A DNA stretch of 59,613 bases, counting the filler, from Sphacelaria rigidula (taxonomy: Eukaryota), in the NCBI GenBank assembly GCA_964200075.2. It is 8 parts of 8 records of this genome, joined end to end, with 100 filler letters (N's around TTAATTAATTAA, not from the genome) between each part and the next. Parts side by side here need not be neighbours in the genome. Positions count along the whole stretch, not along the records: positions 1 to 7,366 come from CAXNAA020015239.1; positions 7,467 to 14,831 come from CAXNAA020015240.1; 6 more parts are not named here. One strand, given 5' to 3'. Below the pieces are notes generated by a model. It had not been told where the DNA came from, made no database searches, and saw only the letters and a list, made by a program, of their open reading frames with translations. Position numbers and translations under genes: made by a program. The first letter of the stretch is position 1; each line of letters begins with the position of its first letter. Positions 1-12,656 of the stretch are shown here, one piece after another.

Positions 1-192
1 TTTCGAACCAGCGTTGGACCCTAGCGTTGTGTTCCGCCATTTTGGCAAGGCTTTCCAAAGACTTGTGGTCGGTATAAATAAAAAACGGGATGTCATACAA
101 ATACTGACGCAGACGTCGCACGCCCCGAACAACTGCGCCGGCCTCTTGTTCCATGACAGACCAATTCTGTTCATTCGGAAAAGTGGTGCGAC

Positions 193-2013
193 TCAGATAG
201 ACAATGGGACGAACAGTAGCATCGACTTGCTCCTGTTCCAATGTGCAGCCAAACCCAATTTTTGGAAGAATCTGTGTGGAGCCGGAAAGGGCGGGAACCC
301 TGCTCCGCGGCCGACCAGTCGGGGAAGACGAGAATCGGCGGGGGCGAAAGGGTGTCGAGGAGGCGGCGGACGGTTTTTTTCCATTTCCAATGTGAACACA
401 AATTTCACCCCTTTTCTGAGGAGGGTGGTGAGGGGTTCCAGCTTGTGGGCAAGGTTTGGCAAGTACTGTCTGTAGTAGCTTAGACCTCCCAACAAGGAGC
501 GCAGTTGAGAAATGTTCCGTGGCATGGGCATATCGGAGAGTTCGGCGACCTTGTCGAGGTTTGGGCTACGATCTTCGGGGGTGATGCAATGACCCAAGAA
601 CTTAGTCTTCGTGGCGCCAATGCGGGATTTGGAGGGTGCGAGTTTCAAGTTGTGTTGTTCAAACCGATCGAAGAATGATGCCAACTGTTCGACGTGTTCG
701 GCCGGTGTGGAGTCGGGGCACACCGCATCATCAAGGTACATATGGCATTTGGGCAATCCATCAGTTACACGGAACATTACACGTTGAAACGCACCTGGAG
801 CTCTGGCGGCACCTTGTGGCGTAACCAACCACTCGTACAAACCTGATGGCGTGCAAAACACCGTCAGTTCAATGGAATTCGGATCCATCACGAGCTGGTG
901 GTAGCCGGACTGCATGTCAAAGTTCGAAAATACTTTACCCTCGCCAAGAGAGTCAATAATTTCATCAATCCGGGGAAGTGGCAGCCGGGCGATTTTGATG
1001 ACAGCGTTCAATCGTTGATAATTGGCCGTCAGTCTGATTTTGCCATTCTTCTTACGGACGACTACTAAAGGCGAGGCCCACGGAGACGTCGAGTGCCGAA
1101 TCAAACCGGCAGATAAGTAACCATCCAGAATTACCTGGATCTTACCCGCCAAGAGGGGGTTCGTACGGTACGGACGCATAGCGATAGGAGGAGTGTCATC
1201 AGGAATCTTGATATTAAATGGTGTCGTGGTACATCGACCTAAATTCAAGGGTGCAGTAGAAAACCGTTCAGAGTATCTAATCAAGATGGATCTCAATCTA
1301 TCGATTGCAGTGGGTGTCCAACCATCGCCAGATAGATCAAAACCAATATGCCGCAAGTGAGGGGGAATGTCATCCCACAACTTTTGAAAACTGGCGCGTT
1401 GTTCTGGAGAGAATCTATCCAGTAATGCAGTTGGGGGTTGAGGATCAGGCGCATCCGGTGGATTCGTCATCACCATGGGGTCAGACTTGTGTGGAGGAGG
1501 GGGGCCCGTTGATTTCGAAGGGTCGGTCGGCGAGGTGTTGTTCGCCGGGGGGCACACATCTGACAGAGCGGTTCGTATGAGAGGCGCTTGAGCATAACCC
1601 AACAACCGACCGTTGAGTGTATCAAAACATGCAGGGGACGTAAGGTTAATGGCCTGCCTACCTTCGTGGGCAAAGACTTCGGTCCGTTCAAACGGACCAA
1701 CTTGTGCTTGGTCAGGTTTGAGCAACTCGACCAAATGATGTCCTGTGAGGGCGGGCGATCCATTGCGTCTCACGAGGTTCACTTGTATTAGTTGGGGCTC
1801 ACGAGAAAGCGAGATTACCGGTTCACCAACATAGTACAGACGGAAAGCATCACCTGTTTTCGTGGGATCATCCTCATAAGCATGAGCTCCCGAATCAGTG
1901 TCGAAGTGACCCAGAGACAGTTTGCCTGTTACTGGACGATTCGGGACAGGTGTGTCCGTCGTACACGTATGTGTGAATAGACAGCCAACTATCTCGACCC
2001 AACAAAACATCAA
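193..2013 (-). pseudogene. Gypsy reverse transcriptase (frameshifted into RNase H near 380)
   Basis: RT motifs as above. The RNase H start (LSPPPILVFPDW...FRLHTD) continues in ORF 171..401 in another frame. Confidence 0.9.
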
Positions 2014-4975
2014 AAGACATGGAACCGTAGGGCACTATTAGTGCCCATATGGACAACCGAGCAGTAGGAGTAGTATCCTGGTAAAATTGTACCCTTAGTC
2101 TCACCGATTGATTGACCGTAAGAGATGTGGGGGAGCCAAACCCACCAAAAACACGAGGGTGCACGGTGGACAGACAATACTTGTCCGCCGCGCCCGCGTT
2201 GATCATCTGTTGCCAGCAGCTGGCGGTGATGAACGTTTGAGGTGAACCAGAGTCCGGTAGTGCAAGATTTATCAAATGACAGTTTGCACGCGCTCCACTA
2301 TGTAAGCCTATTTTGGTCGTAAAAGAAGCATCATCCACAGTTGCAATACCACTGACGAGATCGGGCCCGAATTCGGGTATGGCATCTGACACATCCTGTT
2401 CCGCGTTGTGAACAAAGGTGCTAAAATACACCCGTTTATGGTCCTGTGGGACAAGTTTTTGGTCGGAAGGATGGTGCGTGCATGGAGTGTCAGTGTTTGT
2501 GCCTGGAATATTTGTCTCATCAGTCGAGGGTTGAATCTCATGTACTGCAACGGAGGGGCGATGCCGGGGAAGGGCAGTTGTCGTGGTTGGATCCGACAAC
2601 TGATCTGTGCGTGGTGTTTCACCCTTATTGGCCAACAAGGGGGGCGAATCGTCAGCGTGAAAAGCGGGATCAATTACATTATCCAGCTTGGTCGGAACAG
2701 GGGACAATTCATCGGGGCGCGGTGTTGAGTTTGATACGCCAATCAACTCCATACCATCACTAGTTAGGGCCAACATGGAAGGTTTTGGAGACGATTCGTC
2801 AGGACGCGGGGTTGGTAAAGCTGGACTGTTCAACCCGGCGTCTATGAAAGGGGCCAATGTGGGCGAGTTAGGAGACGAGTCGTCTTGCGTAACACTTTGT
2901 TTGCCTGGTGACGAACACACGATTGGGGTGCCTTCATGACTAGGATGCGAACGTCCATGAGTCGGCGAAGTTTCTGTCCCTACAGACGACAACGCTTCAT
3001 CGGAAAGGGGTTCCAACGTAGTGCACGCGGGGTGGTCAGGGAGCAGTAACGATCTGTTCGAAATCTGGGAAGTACCGGCCTGTTCCACTGTAAGGTTTTC
3101 ATCTGTCTGAGCCCACACGCAATCTCCTCCGTGGAGTTTACGTGCACTTGCTACATCAGGGTTATCTACATGATCATCTGGAGGAGCCCGTCTCTGGTGA
3201 CGCGTGTAGCGCACGAAAGGATCGGCGGCTCCAGGAGCTATTGAAATGAGTTCTTGGACAGTCAAACCTAGGTCACGCTCTTGGCGCACCACCTGAGTCG
3301 CTGTCACTTGGGGTTCCATTCCAACCCGCTGAGCGACGGAAAGCATGGGTTCTTTGCGGTTGCGATCCTTCAAGGAATAATTACGCTCATCAAATAAAAG
3401 GGAACCGGGTACCGTAGTTTTTGCGGAACTCGGCAGGGTAGTTAGCCGGGCACTTGAGCAGTTGGGGGGTGCTCGAGTGTGAGGCTTCGAATTTTTGTGT
3501 TCTCCGATGAACGGTCGGAGCAGCAGTCTCCATCGTACTAGAAGATCGGCTCCTGAGGCGTAGGAAACTGCACTACTACATGACTTCCTCTCCTTGGAAG
3601 GAAGGGGATTCGGTTGAATACGATTAGTACCTGATGAATGTATAACTGGGTGATCAAATCCAGGTTCAAAACGTTGGGTTTGGTCATTGCTCAATTGATA
3701 GCCATGCAACGGTGCACGGGCTTCGACTGTCTTGGAACCCTTCAAGGCAGGGTCAGCATATCCAGGAAACCCACACCACATGGTTGAACCCGCGGTGGCC
3801 ACCGTTGATTCGTGCGTGCGATGTGCGTGACCTGGCCGAACGAAAACAAATTGCTGACATAAAAGTGATGGGTACTTCTGCAGTGAAATACCTGTCATTG
3901 TATATTTCTAATTGTGGGATTGTACCAACTAAATCAGAACTGACTTACAGAAGTAGGAAAATAAATAGGCAGGTGGCGGGGCGTAGCTTTTGGGCTCAGC
4001 AACGCGTCCTGGGTTACCCCACTGTATGCTATTTGGAATCTCCGCAACTTGTAGAACGTTCCCAAAAGGTTGCCAAGTTGTGAGGTGAGCATCAGTGCTG
4101 TGTGGGTAGGTACCGCCCTGGCGGGGTTCAGCCGCGGCACTAGGTCCATTCGTGTGTAAACGTCTACCGTTTTGTGAGTGGGCCGGTGCATGTGGTTGAA
4201 CGTGTGCCAGGTCAGGTGGGTCAGGCGGTGAATCAGTTGTCGCCTTGAGGGCGGAGCAGACGACCGTACGAACGCAGTTGTGATTGCCAGACTTGCCAAC
4301 ATAGTACAAAATGACGCGAAGCTTCCAAATGTCAGACAACAGCTTATATTCTTGCTCCGGAATTTCCAGAGCCTTTGTGGATTTGCATATAGCGCGTTCT
4401 AGTTCATTTTGTTCTGTTGGCTTGTTCTCGGTATGGACATTCATCTCACGGGGGACCTGCGCGGGCTCTTGTATCCCTGAAAAACCCTCATGTTGACCCG
4501 CCTGGAGACGGGCCAATTCCCTCAACGCATGTTCAAGCTGTGCTAGATTGCTGTTATTAATCTGGTCCCAGCACTTTTTTTCGTTCAATTACCGAAAAAT
4601 TGTACCAACGCAGGGGAATGGGGGCTGGGGAAGTTTGCTTGAGCTGGAAATATGCTTCGTCACGCGTGGGCGGGGATTGTTCTGGCTTGGGCTGGTCATC
4701 AACAGCCAGAGTGGGGCTATTACAGGGTTCAGCACCGGTTTGGGTGTAGGGGTCACTTGGAGAGATGCCATCTGAGAATGAAGAGTGGGAACACCGTCAG
4801 CGGTTTGAGTGGCTGGTTGGTGTACAGGGGAGTGGGCAGCAACGGGTTCAGGGTCAGCATGTGGAGGAGGATTGTCTTCATCCACACTGGCGTCCCTGAA
4901 AAGACGTCCTGCAACGACGCTATCATCAACATCAAAACGTTCCGATTTGTTTTTGCCAAGCGTCTCACTACGCAT
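193..4975 (-). mobile_element. Ty3/Gypsy LTR retrotransposon, 5' half (gag-like, protease, RT, start of RNase H), degenerate; pol runs off the contig start
   Basis: ORF 193..2013 has Gypsy RT motifs (PYRTNP, STSPWASPLVVVRKKNG, DMQSGYHQ, PQG, YLDD, LRSLLGGLSYYR). ORF 1895..3898 ends in an aspartic protease motif (LPDSGSPQTFI, then DVLLGRD in the next frame). Upstream ORFs 3929..4588 and 4589..4975 are in gag position. Frameshifts separate the domains. Confidence 0.92.
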
Positions 4976-5607
4976 GATTCAGGTTGGCTGTACGGTTGTT
5001 TTCACCATTGTCTGTAGGCAGCGCACCGTCCTTCGTGACATCGTGCTACGATGAAAACGAAGGGCGGTTGATATCAGACATGGCTTGTACACTTGCGCCA
5101 TCGCGCCGAACCGGTAACGTAGAGACGCAGAGGTTGAAAAGTGAACGTTTCGAAGTGGAATTGAGCATCGTAGTTGAGGAATGAGGCGGCGTGAACAAAA
5201 CTAAAAAAGGAACAGAGTGGCAGGGTACTGTCGACAGTCGATCGACATGTAGTTCCGCGCACTCCGTACATGCATGAGGTCTACCACCTTGTCAATCAGG
5301 TGCAGACAAGAGAGAAAGAAAAACAAATATGCCGAAGGCACACGACAAACCGTAGGTGTGTGTGTTCGTTGGAACAAATTGTAACAGCAAGAGAAAATAA
5401 AACGAAGATTGTCACAAGCAACAGACATACAGTGTCTGTCACCAGCGCAACAGCGCATTAACAAACCTGTCTGCCATGAAGGGATATACGTGTGGGACGC
5501 AGCGAACCGCAACGTCAACCGCTCAGTTCTGAGGTTGAGAGAAAAGAAACACAACTGTCGGATGCCGTATCGTATTTCCAGAGGCAATATCAGCGCAGCT
5601 GGTGATA

Positions 5608-5624
5608 CTCATATAACAGCACCA
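5608..5624 (-). promoter_or_regulatory. Candidate primer-binding site of the contig-1 Gypsy element
   Basis: Minus strand reads TGGTGCTGTTATATGAG (TGG start, complementary to tRNA CCA) about 630 bp upstream of the gag-like ORFs. The cognate tRNA was not identified. Confidence 0.3.
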
Positions 5625-6119
5625 CCTAGTTCACTGAAAATGGCCGAGTTGGAGTCTTGGTGACGTACATCGTACAGGTAGACAGTTAATAAATGTACAA
5701 ATAAAACCGAAATACAAATGTGCAGTGCAGTGCAGACAGCAGCGTAAAACGCATCGGACAACAGAATGCTGTGTGGCACAGTACAGTACACATGATCTTC
5801 ACGTGGTCGAGCGGGCGTGGTCGACAGTGCAGTACGATACCACTGTGTTCGCATCACATGAAAAAAAATCCGACACAACGTTATGCCCGCGCCGTGTTCT
5901 TATCTACAATACAATATAGATGACTTCGTTCAGATAGTGTAGTAGTACCAACACATGCTACAGTACGGCACCTCACCGTCCGCAAGATATTTCCCGCTGG
6001 GACCATTTCTAATCGAAACGGTGCCGTACTGTCGTCAGCACTTCAATTCGGAACACTATTTCAACGGAAAAAGTGAGTGGCCTTCTAGACGACCAAGTAT
6101 GTACTGTAGTGCGCGTTGG

Positions 6120-6214
6120 TGGGGCGGCAATCAAACTCTGGGGCGGCAATCAAACTCTGGGGCGGCAATCAAACTCTGGGGCGACAATCAAACTCTGGGG
6201 CGGCAATCAAACTC
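6120..6214. repeat. 19-bp minisatellite x5 (TGGGGCGGCAATCAAACTC)
   Basis: Five directly abutting copies with one substitution in copy 4. Confidence 0.95.
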
Positions 6215-7366
6215 TGCGTACACTGGTTCCGTGCAAAAGTAACAAGAGTGCAGAGTCGAGCGCTTGTATACAAGTAACATGAGCCTCGCGCATCGCCGTG
6301 TTCAATCATGCTCGTGTACAGACAAAACACTCTCATCCTGGTCCATCATGCCGCATCGATATAATTCGGTGTGCATGGTGGCTCAACGTTCCGTGTTTGG
6401 GCAAGAAAAGTCGTATGTACAGCGGGCGGCGATTGAAATAGCCCGCGAACTCTTTACCTACAAGCATGAATCGGCGTGTGTTTGGACACATGTCGGTCGG
6501 TTCGGTTGATACAGAATCGACGGACTGTGAGCAGGGGCGCTTGCGGGGGCAGGTGGTCGGGAGGGCGGTGAAAAAGCTAGGGACCCTTGAGGGGCGTATT
6601 TACACAAGGAACGTATGAGCGGTTCAATTATCCGAGAACCGCCCGTGTGTGAAAAAGGACACGGCACTTCAGATCGAGTGTGCATGAAAACGGTATGCGT
6701 TCTCTCTGCAGTGCAAAACGTTGCCACAGTCGCTTGGCTTGTACCGTCGATATGACCTGCAGGGTGCGGGGAATATGCTTGTGCAGCAAGAGAGGGCTGA
6801 CGCGCGCGTTCATACCTGAAGCGCCTCATGGTTCGGCCGCCACTGCCTGAAACCAACGTGGTTACCGCGTGGCACATCGGAGACCTGCAGCGAACTCGTG
6901 TCGGAATGTATGTCCAACTTCGAGTAAAAGAGGGAACAGCGGTCGAAGACGCTGTCGTATTACCTTGGTGTATTACACCGCTAAATCGTGTACACAAATA
7001 TCAAGTGAAAATGAAAGACCGAAAATACAGGGCTTGAAAAAAACAAACCAACGAAGGGTTGTGGTGGGCTGGAACGCGTACAACAGCAGCCCACGGGGAG
7101 AAAAACAGTACAGCTTGAGGTCACAAGCTACCTCTGAAGCCCCATGTGTGGAGGAATAAGCAATTACCGCAAACAGTAGTGCCATATACGCCGAACGCAA
7201 GCAAGCCACACCCTTGGGGGTGTAGACAGGCGGTCCTGTTTCCGACTTGTTACACTCAAACTATATGTTTTTCTCACACAAAGGCAGTCGTCAACAGTAG
7301 ACAACTGTAGTTGAAAGTAAGCACTGAGCTCTTTCTGAAAAGGAAACACCACTGTGATATCAAGGG

Positions 7367-7466
7367 NNNNNNNNNNNNNNNNNNNNNNNNNNNNNNNNNN
7401 NNNNNNNNNNTTAATTAATTAANNNNNNNNNNNNNNNNNNNNNNNNNNNNNNNNNNNNNNNNNNNN
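7367..7466. other. Artificial contig linker (N44-TTAATTAATTAA-N44); identical linkers at 14832-14931, 22297-22396, 29761-29860, 37225-37324, 44688-44787 and 52151-52250
   Basis: Identical 100-bp spacer with stops in all six frames. The contigs between linkers decrease in length from 7366 to 7363 bp. Confidence 0.99.
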
Positions 7467-7533
7467 GGGAAAGCACTGTTTTAGGCTTGAGCCTCATCTC
7501 GAAGTTAAACCTCAATTCGCACAATTTGTTGTT
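7467..7533 (+). mobile_element. LTR 3' end of the contig-3 Gypsy family (3' LTR or solo LTR), followed by unrelated flank
   Basis: Near-identical to the reverse complement of 22226-22292, which abuts the PBS and gag of the contig-3 element. Confidence 0.75.
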
Positions 7534-7878
7534 AGATGCTCGTTTGGAGGCGGCGCTTGGCCTGGAGGTGCAGTATAGGTGAGCGTATAAATGAGGTGCT
7601 TTGCATGTGGGGTGTAATGTGTGATGATACCGTGTTGTGTTCTGTCGTAGCTGTAGCCGTTACTTGTCCCCTCGTACAGATTAGGCAAAAATCAGGACTG
7701 ATGCAGGTCAAGCTAGCTCTTCCTCAAGTACTGTAGGGTGTCCGGATAGCATTTTGTATCGAGACCAATGTGAGTACCAGGGTAGTCCACAAGTCTTCCA
7801 TGTGTCTACAACCGCCCTTTCGTTCCAGGAACGCTCATATCTCCGGCATGGTTCCGGGAACGTTCTCATGAACACTAC

Positions 7879-7970
7879 TATATCCCGTCCGGGTCATTGA
7901 CTATCCCGTCCGGATCATTGTCTATCCTGTCCGGGTCATTGTATATCCCGTCCGGGTCACTGTCTTCCCG
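7879..7970. repeat. 21-bp tandem repeat x~4 (TATCCCGTCCGGGTCATTGNN)
   Basis: Visible tandem copies with a few substitutions. Confidence 0.85.
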
Positions 7971-8189
7971 TTTATTGCCATACTCCAACCTCGAGACGGT
8001 ACCGCTCATGGTGCCCTCTCGAGGCACTTCTTATCTCAACCCTGGAGTTTCCCTCCACACAAGAACGAACTGTCTAGGCACGTCCCACGGCCAAGCCCGT
8101 GGCTCCTGAGACTCCCACTCCCACACCAAGGGGTAGTAGCCTTATTGGCGTCGACTTGACTAACTAACCTACATAGCTTGCAGGCAGAT

Positions 8190-10852
8190 AGGGCCAGATT
8201 ATGGAATTTTATGCTACATGGATGGCATCATCTGTCTAGGCTCCACGTTTGAGGAACACTTGAAATCCCTCGAACGTGCATTCGCAGCCTTACAAGCCGC
8301 GGGCTTGACTCTCAAGCCCTCAAAAATTCGTTTCGGCCCCGAACAGGTCTCATACCTTGGTCATGTCGCTTCTGCCGATGGCATTTCAGTAGGTAAAGAT
8401 CGCATTCAAGCTATCAACGACTTACCTACTCCGACTTGTATCAGAGACCTTCGCTCTGTCCTAGGCATGGTAAATTTTGTACGTCGATTTATCAAAGATC
8501 ACACCGACATCACAGCACCTCTGGTCAATCTCACTCGAAAAGAATTCACCATCAAACGCCTGTTCAAAAAGGCATGGGGAATCGAACAAGATAATGCCTT
8601 TGCTCACATTAAACGATTACTCCCATCAGCACCAGTCCTAAAATTGCCGGACTTCTCTCGAGAGTTTGTCGTACACTGCGATGCTAGTAATCTTGGTTCG
8701 GAGTCATTTCTCGGTTAGCAGTCTAAAGACAGCACCAACCCGAACGACGTTGACATCATCGCATATTTCTCGAAGCGTTTCTCCAAATCACAGCGTCATT
8801 ACAGTCCCACGATGAAAGAATGTTGCAGTGTTGTCTGGTCTCTACTTCACTGGAGAAGTTATCTATGGGGTCGTCATTTCACTTGCTGGACAGATCACCA
8901 AGCTCTCAAGCATTTATATGATATGCAAGACACCAGCAACATGCTAACTCGATGGTCAATCCAACTACAGAGCTTCGATTTCACGGTGAAACATGTTCCC
9001 GGGAAATTAAACGTTGTGCCAGATGCGTTGTCTCGCCTATTTGGTGACACGAACGGTGAAGAACTTCGATTGGAACCCAGATTAGCAGCCATCTGCCGTA
9101 ACGTACCGGATGATCGACCGTACCATCGCCCGTCCCCCCAAAATTTGAAGTATCTGCTCATCAATTAGATGATACCCTTCCTGTCGAGAGCGACTGCGAC
9201 ATGTTCACAAGTGCAGTATCTATCTTCCCTGTTGCAGATCCCGTTCAAATTGCGAAACAGCAACATGAAGAGTTCGGTCCATACATCGACTATCTCGATA
9301 ATCCCAAGTCATCCCCCCTTCCTTCGAAAGAAACCACTCATACGATGAGCTATTTTTTCCTCCAAGAGAATTTACTCTTTTGCTCTTATCTACCAGGTCA
9401 TTTGCGGAAAGGCAGCGATTTTCGTGATCAATTAGTGGTACCTAATAAGTTACGCCCGCTTGTCATGGAAGCATGCCATGACCTTCCCGCTTCTGGTGGT
9501 CATCTAGCGTTCAAATGTACTTTCGATCGAGTGCGTGATAAGTACTGGTGGCCCACAATATATACTGATGTTAAAAACCACGTTGATTGTTGCCAATCAT
9601 GTCAAAGGCGCAAATCCTCAACACGGCCCCCGGTATTACCGGTCGGTCACCGTCCTATCACAAGAACATTTCAGTGCGTCGCAGTCGACCTCGTTGAGTA
9701 TAAGTCTCGCTCCCGAGGAAATCGATACATCTTGTCAGTGGTTGATAATTTGACACGATTTGTAGTCCTCATTGCTATTTCCAATAAAGAGGCTATAATC
9801 GTCGCACGTTACATAGTGGAACGTGTCTTTTCCATCTTTGGCCCTCCAGACACCTTCCACAGTGATCAGGGACCCGAGTTTGAAAACGAACTCGTCAGAG
9901 AACTTCAAACCGTATTCGGATATAAGAGGACTAGAACCACACCTTATCGTCCCCAAGGTAACTCTATTCTTGAACGAGTCCACAGTACAGTTCACAAAAT
10001 GTTGGCAATGTTCAGTGATATTGAGTACTCTAATTGGGCAGATTTGTTGCCGTTTGTCCAACTGGCACATAGCACAGCCTATTCATTCACGCTTCACGAA
10101 ACACCACACTTTTTGATGTTCGGCCGTCCCGCCGCACTTCCCATCGATCGTATCCTTGGTGTGCCGACAACATCCGCGCCCCAGTCTCCCCTGGATTATA
10201 CGCGCGAAACTGTAAATAAATTGCAATTAGCATATAATATGAATTGGCTCGCCGGAATCTCAAATAACGGTCGGACCAACAAGCTAGTGCAAACGACAAA
10301 TTATCATTCCCCAAATTTGTCACAGGTGATCAAGTTCTGATCCACCGTCCTTACACGGACACTGATGGCCCCAACCCCAAGCTAATCAGCCCATGGCGTG
10401 GACCATGCACTGTTCGTAGTCAAATATCGTCAGTCGTTTATCGTGTCAGTAAAGATGGCGGAATTGCGGAAATATCCGTCCACCTCGGCAGATTAAAAAA
10501 ATATCGATCTCCATCCTCCCCATCTACCGTTGACCACGACGTCCTGGACGAATTGTTCTTGCGGACAAAATTGCCAATCCCCGATTTGAGCGGTGACAAA
10601 TCAGTCAAATTTGGCTTACTCACAATCGAGGGAATAGATAGTCGCAAAAGAGGTGTGGGAGCAGCATCGAAAACGAACTTTCAATATCACCTGAAATTCA
10701 AAGATTATCCCCCTCATTGTGGTGTGTGGCGTCATATCTCTGCCCTACCACAGTGCACGGAGATGATCGCGTCATATCGAGCGGAACTCTTGTCTCGGAA
10801 TTCCATCGCCTTCGATCCGCCACAACGGAAATCACGATCCGTTGTCTCTTGA
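8190..10852 (+). mobile_element. Ty3/Gypsy pol 3' part (RT end, RNase H, integrase, chromodomain), degenerate
   Basis: RT end (YMDGII, LTLKPSK, YLGHV, LRSVLGMVNF). RNase H (VHCDAS, YSPTMKEC, TDHQAL, KLNVVPDALSR). Integrase HHCC (CHD...GGH...CQSCQ) and DDE core (VAVDL, SDQGPEF, YRPQGNSILER). C-terminal chromodomain-like segment in ORF 10553..10852. Premature stop at 8718 and several frameshifts. Confidence 0.93.
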
Positions 10853-10969
10853 TACTCTTGGGTATTTCATCTGTACGTACCCCTCTTGTTCCCCATCATT
10901 CCCTCGTGATTGAGTGCGAGCCTGATCCAAAAACCCGGCGTGCTCCGTCCGGCTTTGTATAAATGCGAG

Positions 10970-11205
10970 TGCAATGATCATATGACTATGGCAAGCAGGA
11001 TCATGAGTACACCCCCCACCCCTCCCCCCTCCCCCTTGGAGGGAGTGGAGTAGGAACGGTGCTCTGTCTCGAAAGGGATTCGTGGTTAATGGTCAAAGGA
11101 CTAAGGCAAGCAACAAATGAGAACGCCCCCCCCTCTTCCCTCTGGACGAGATCTCTTGTTCTCAAAGGATCACCCCATCTGTTTCCCCTGGTACAGGCCG
11201 TGACA
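10970..11205 (+). mobile_element. Probable 3' LTR (~236 bp, TG...CA) of the contig-2 Gypsy element
   Basis: Follows the integrase and the conserved AAAACCCGGCGTGCTCCGTCC motif and ends in CCGTGACA. Its start (ATGACTATGGCA..ATCATGAG.AC + C-run) matches 29451-29520. Confidence 0.5.
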
Positions 11206-12435
11206 TGTGACATGTTGGTGCGGTGGATTGGGTGAGCGCTCCTGCACGGAGTTGACGCTCATCAGATGAACTTTCTCAGCTGCTCACGTTCTCACTACTC
11301 TAGAGACGGAAATCGGCATCTTATCAGCAGAAGTCCTGAGGAGATGAGATTCATTTACCGGTATTCAAGATTACATCGTTTCGTACCACAGTCGGCTTCC
11401 GTCGTACCATTTTGTTTTTTATTCAGACCGCCGATTGATATTTCGGGAATCGGTTTAAGCTCCAAACGTGCGACAATCGAATCAAAATCAAATCGAATCA
11501 GAATGAACCAACCGATTTCAGCCGTACCGTTTGGACTACAGAGGGGGTGGTGGCAACGTCTCTTCACCAGAATCGGTGATATTTTTTCATTTGTGTCACA
11601 GCCTGCTGTACATATACATGAGCATGGTATGAGTATACAACAACATCTGGTAAATCAAAAAGTGCTGAACGCACTGGGGTCACGGAAAATATCACACGAG
11701 GCAATCAAGAACCCAAGCTCGACTCTCTCTAAATTCGAGGCCCTCTCGCTTCATTTCCATGAGCTGGTTTGTACCGAGACGAGCAAGAGGGTCAAAAGCA
11801 TGACATATTGCTTTCATTGATTGTCGCACATTCACTGATCTCTGACGGACCCGGCCGGAATCATTTTCCGCATCATGGACGTACCCCAATGAGGTAATCG
11901 AACCGGGAGCACTCGCTAAAGAGGAACGCGGGAAAGAGAAGTAACAATATACGGTTAACGCAGGGAGGTGAACTGAGAAACGAAAACCAAAGCGTGGAGA
12001 AGAGGAGAAGATGAAAGGCGCGGAGCCTTACACCTTCAGATGTCTTGATTCGCTAGACAATGATTGTCTCGTGTAATCGAAAACTCGTCAAGCCATTTTT
12101 TGTATGTTGTTACTTCCAGCGTTCGCATGTCTGTCGCTGAGATCACCCAGGACGAATATTTTGGAAACGTTCTCATGGCGTTTTGTTCAATCCAATCTTT
12201 CAGCGTCTGACGCTTGTCCTCTAGTTCCCCACGTGTAATTGTGTTTATGCTCCTCCTAACAAACTTGTCGAGGGCAACATCCTATGCATGTTTTTTTTTT
12301 CATGAAAATCCACGATTTCCAGAACGTTCTCAGAATTCTCCTACACGTGTCTGTTTCGATTGATGAGTTCGCCATCTACTTTCCGTGCGATTTTTCTCGG
12401 TGTATTTCGTGTCTGATTGGTACGAAACTAACCAG

Positions 12436-12656
12436 GCGGAGCGGAACAGCGTGATCACTGGCATGACGGTGCGGGTTTTGTGACGGCTCACATGGGGATC
12501 ACGCTCATCTTCGAGCAATCCCTTCAGGCCATCAATCCGTCCCTGTCCGTACCATACTGGGACTTCACCGTAGAGGGAGAGCTTGGTACTCCAGAAACCT
12601 TCCGGGAGAGCGAGATCTTTGCCGACGATTGGTTCGGTGATGCCGACCCAGATGCG
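12436..12656 (+). CDS. Tyrosinase / type-3 copper protein, internal exon (CuA region)
   Basis: AG...GT bounded exon translating GAEQRDHWHDGAGFVTAHMGITLIFEQSLQAINPSLSVPYWDFT, the tyrosinase H..F..H...E..L...P...PYWD motif. Confidence 0.85.

Noticed and set aside
6300-7366. Several 60-180 aa ORFs upstream of the contig-1 element
   Set aside because: No recognisable domain or convincing exon structure.
7367-7466. TTAATTAATTAA recurring every ~7.46 kb as a biological periodic motif
   Set aside because: Artificial six-frame-stop linker between size-sorted contigs. ORFs containing X and any cross-contig gene neighbourhood are artefacts.
11250-11275. CTGATGAG on the minus strand as a hammerhead core
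   Set aside because: No stem II followed by GAAA downstream.
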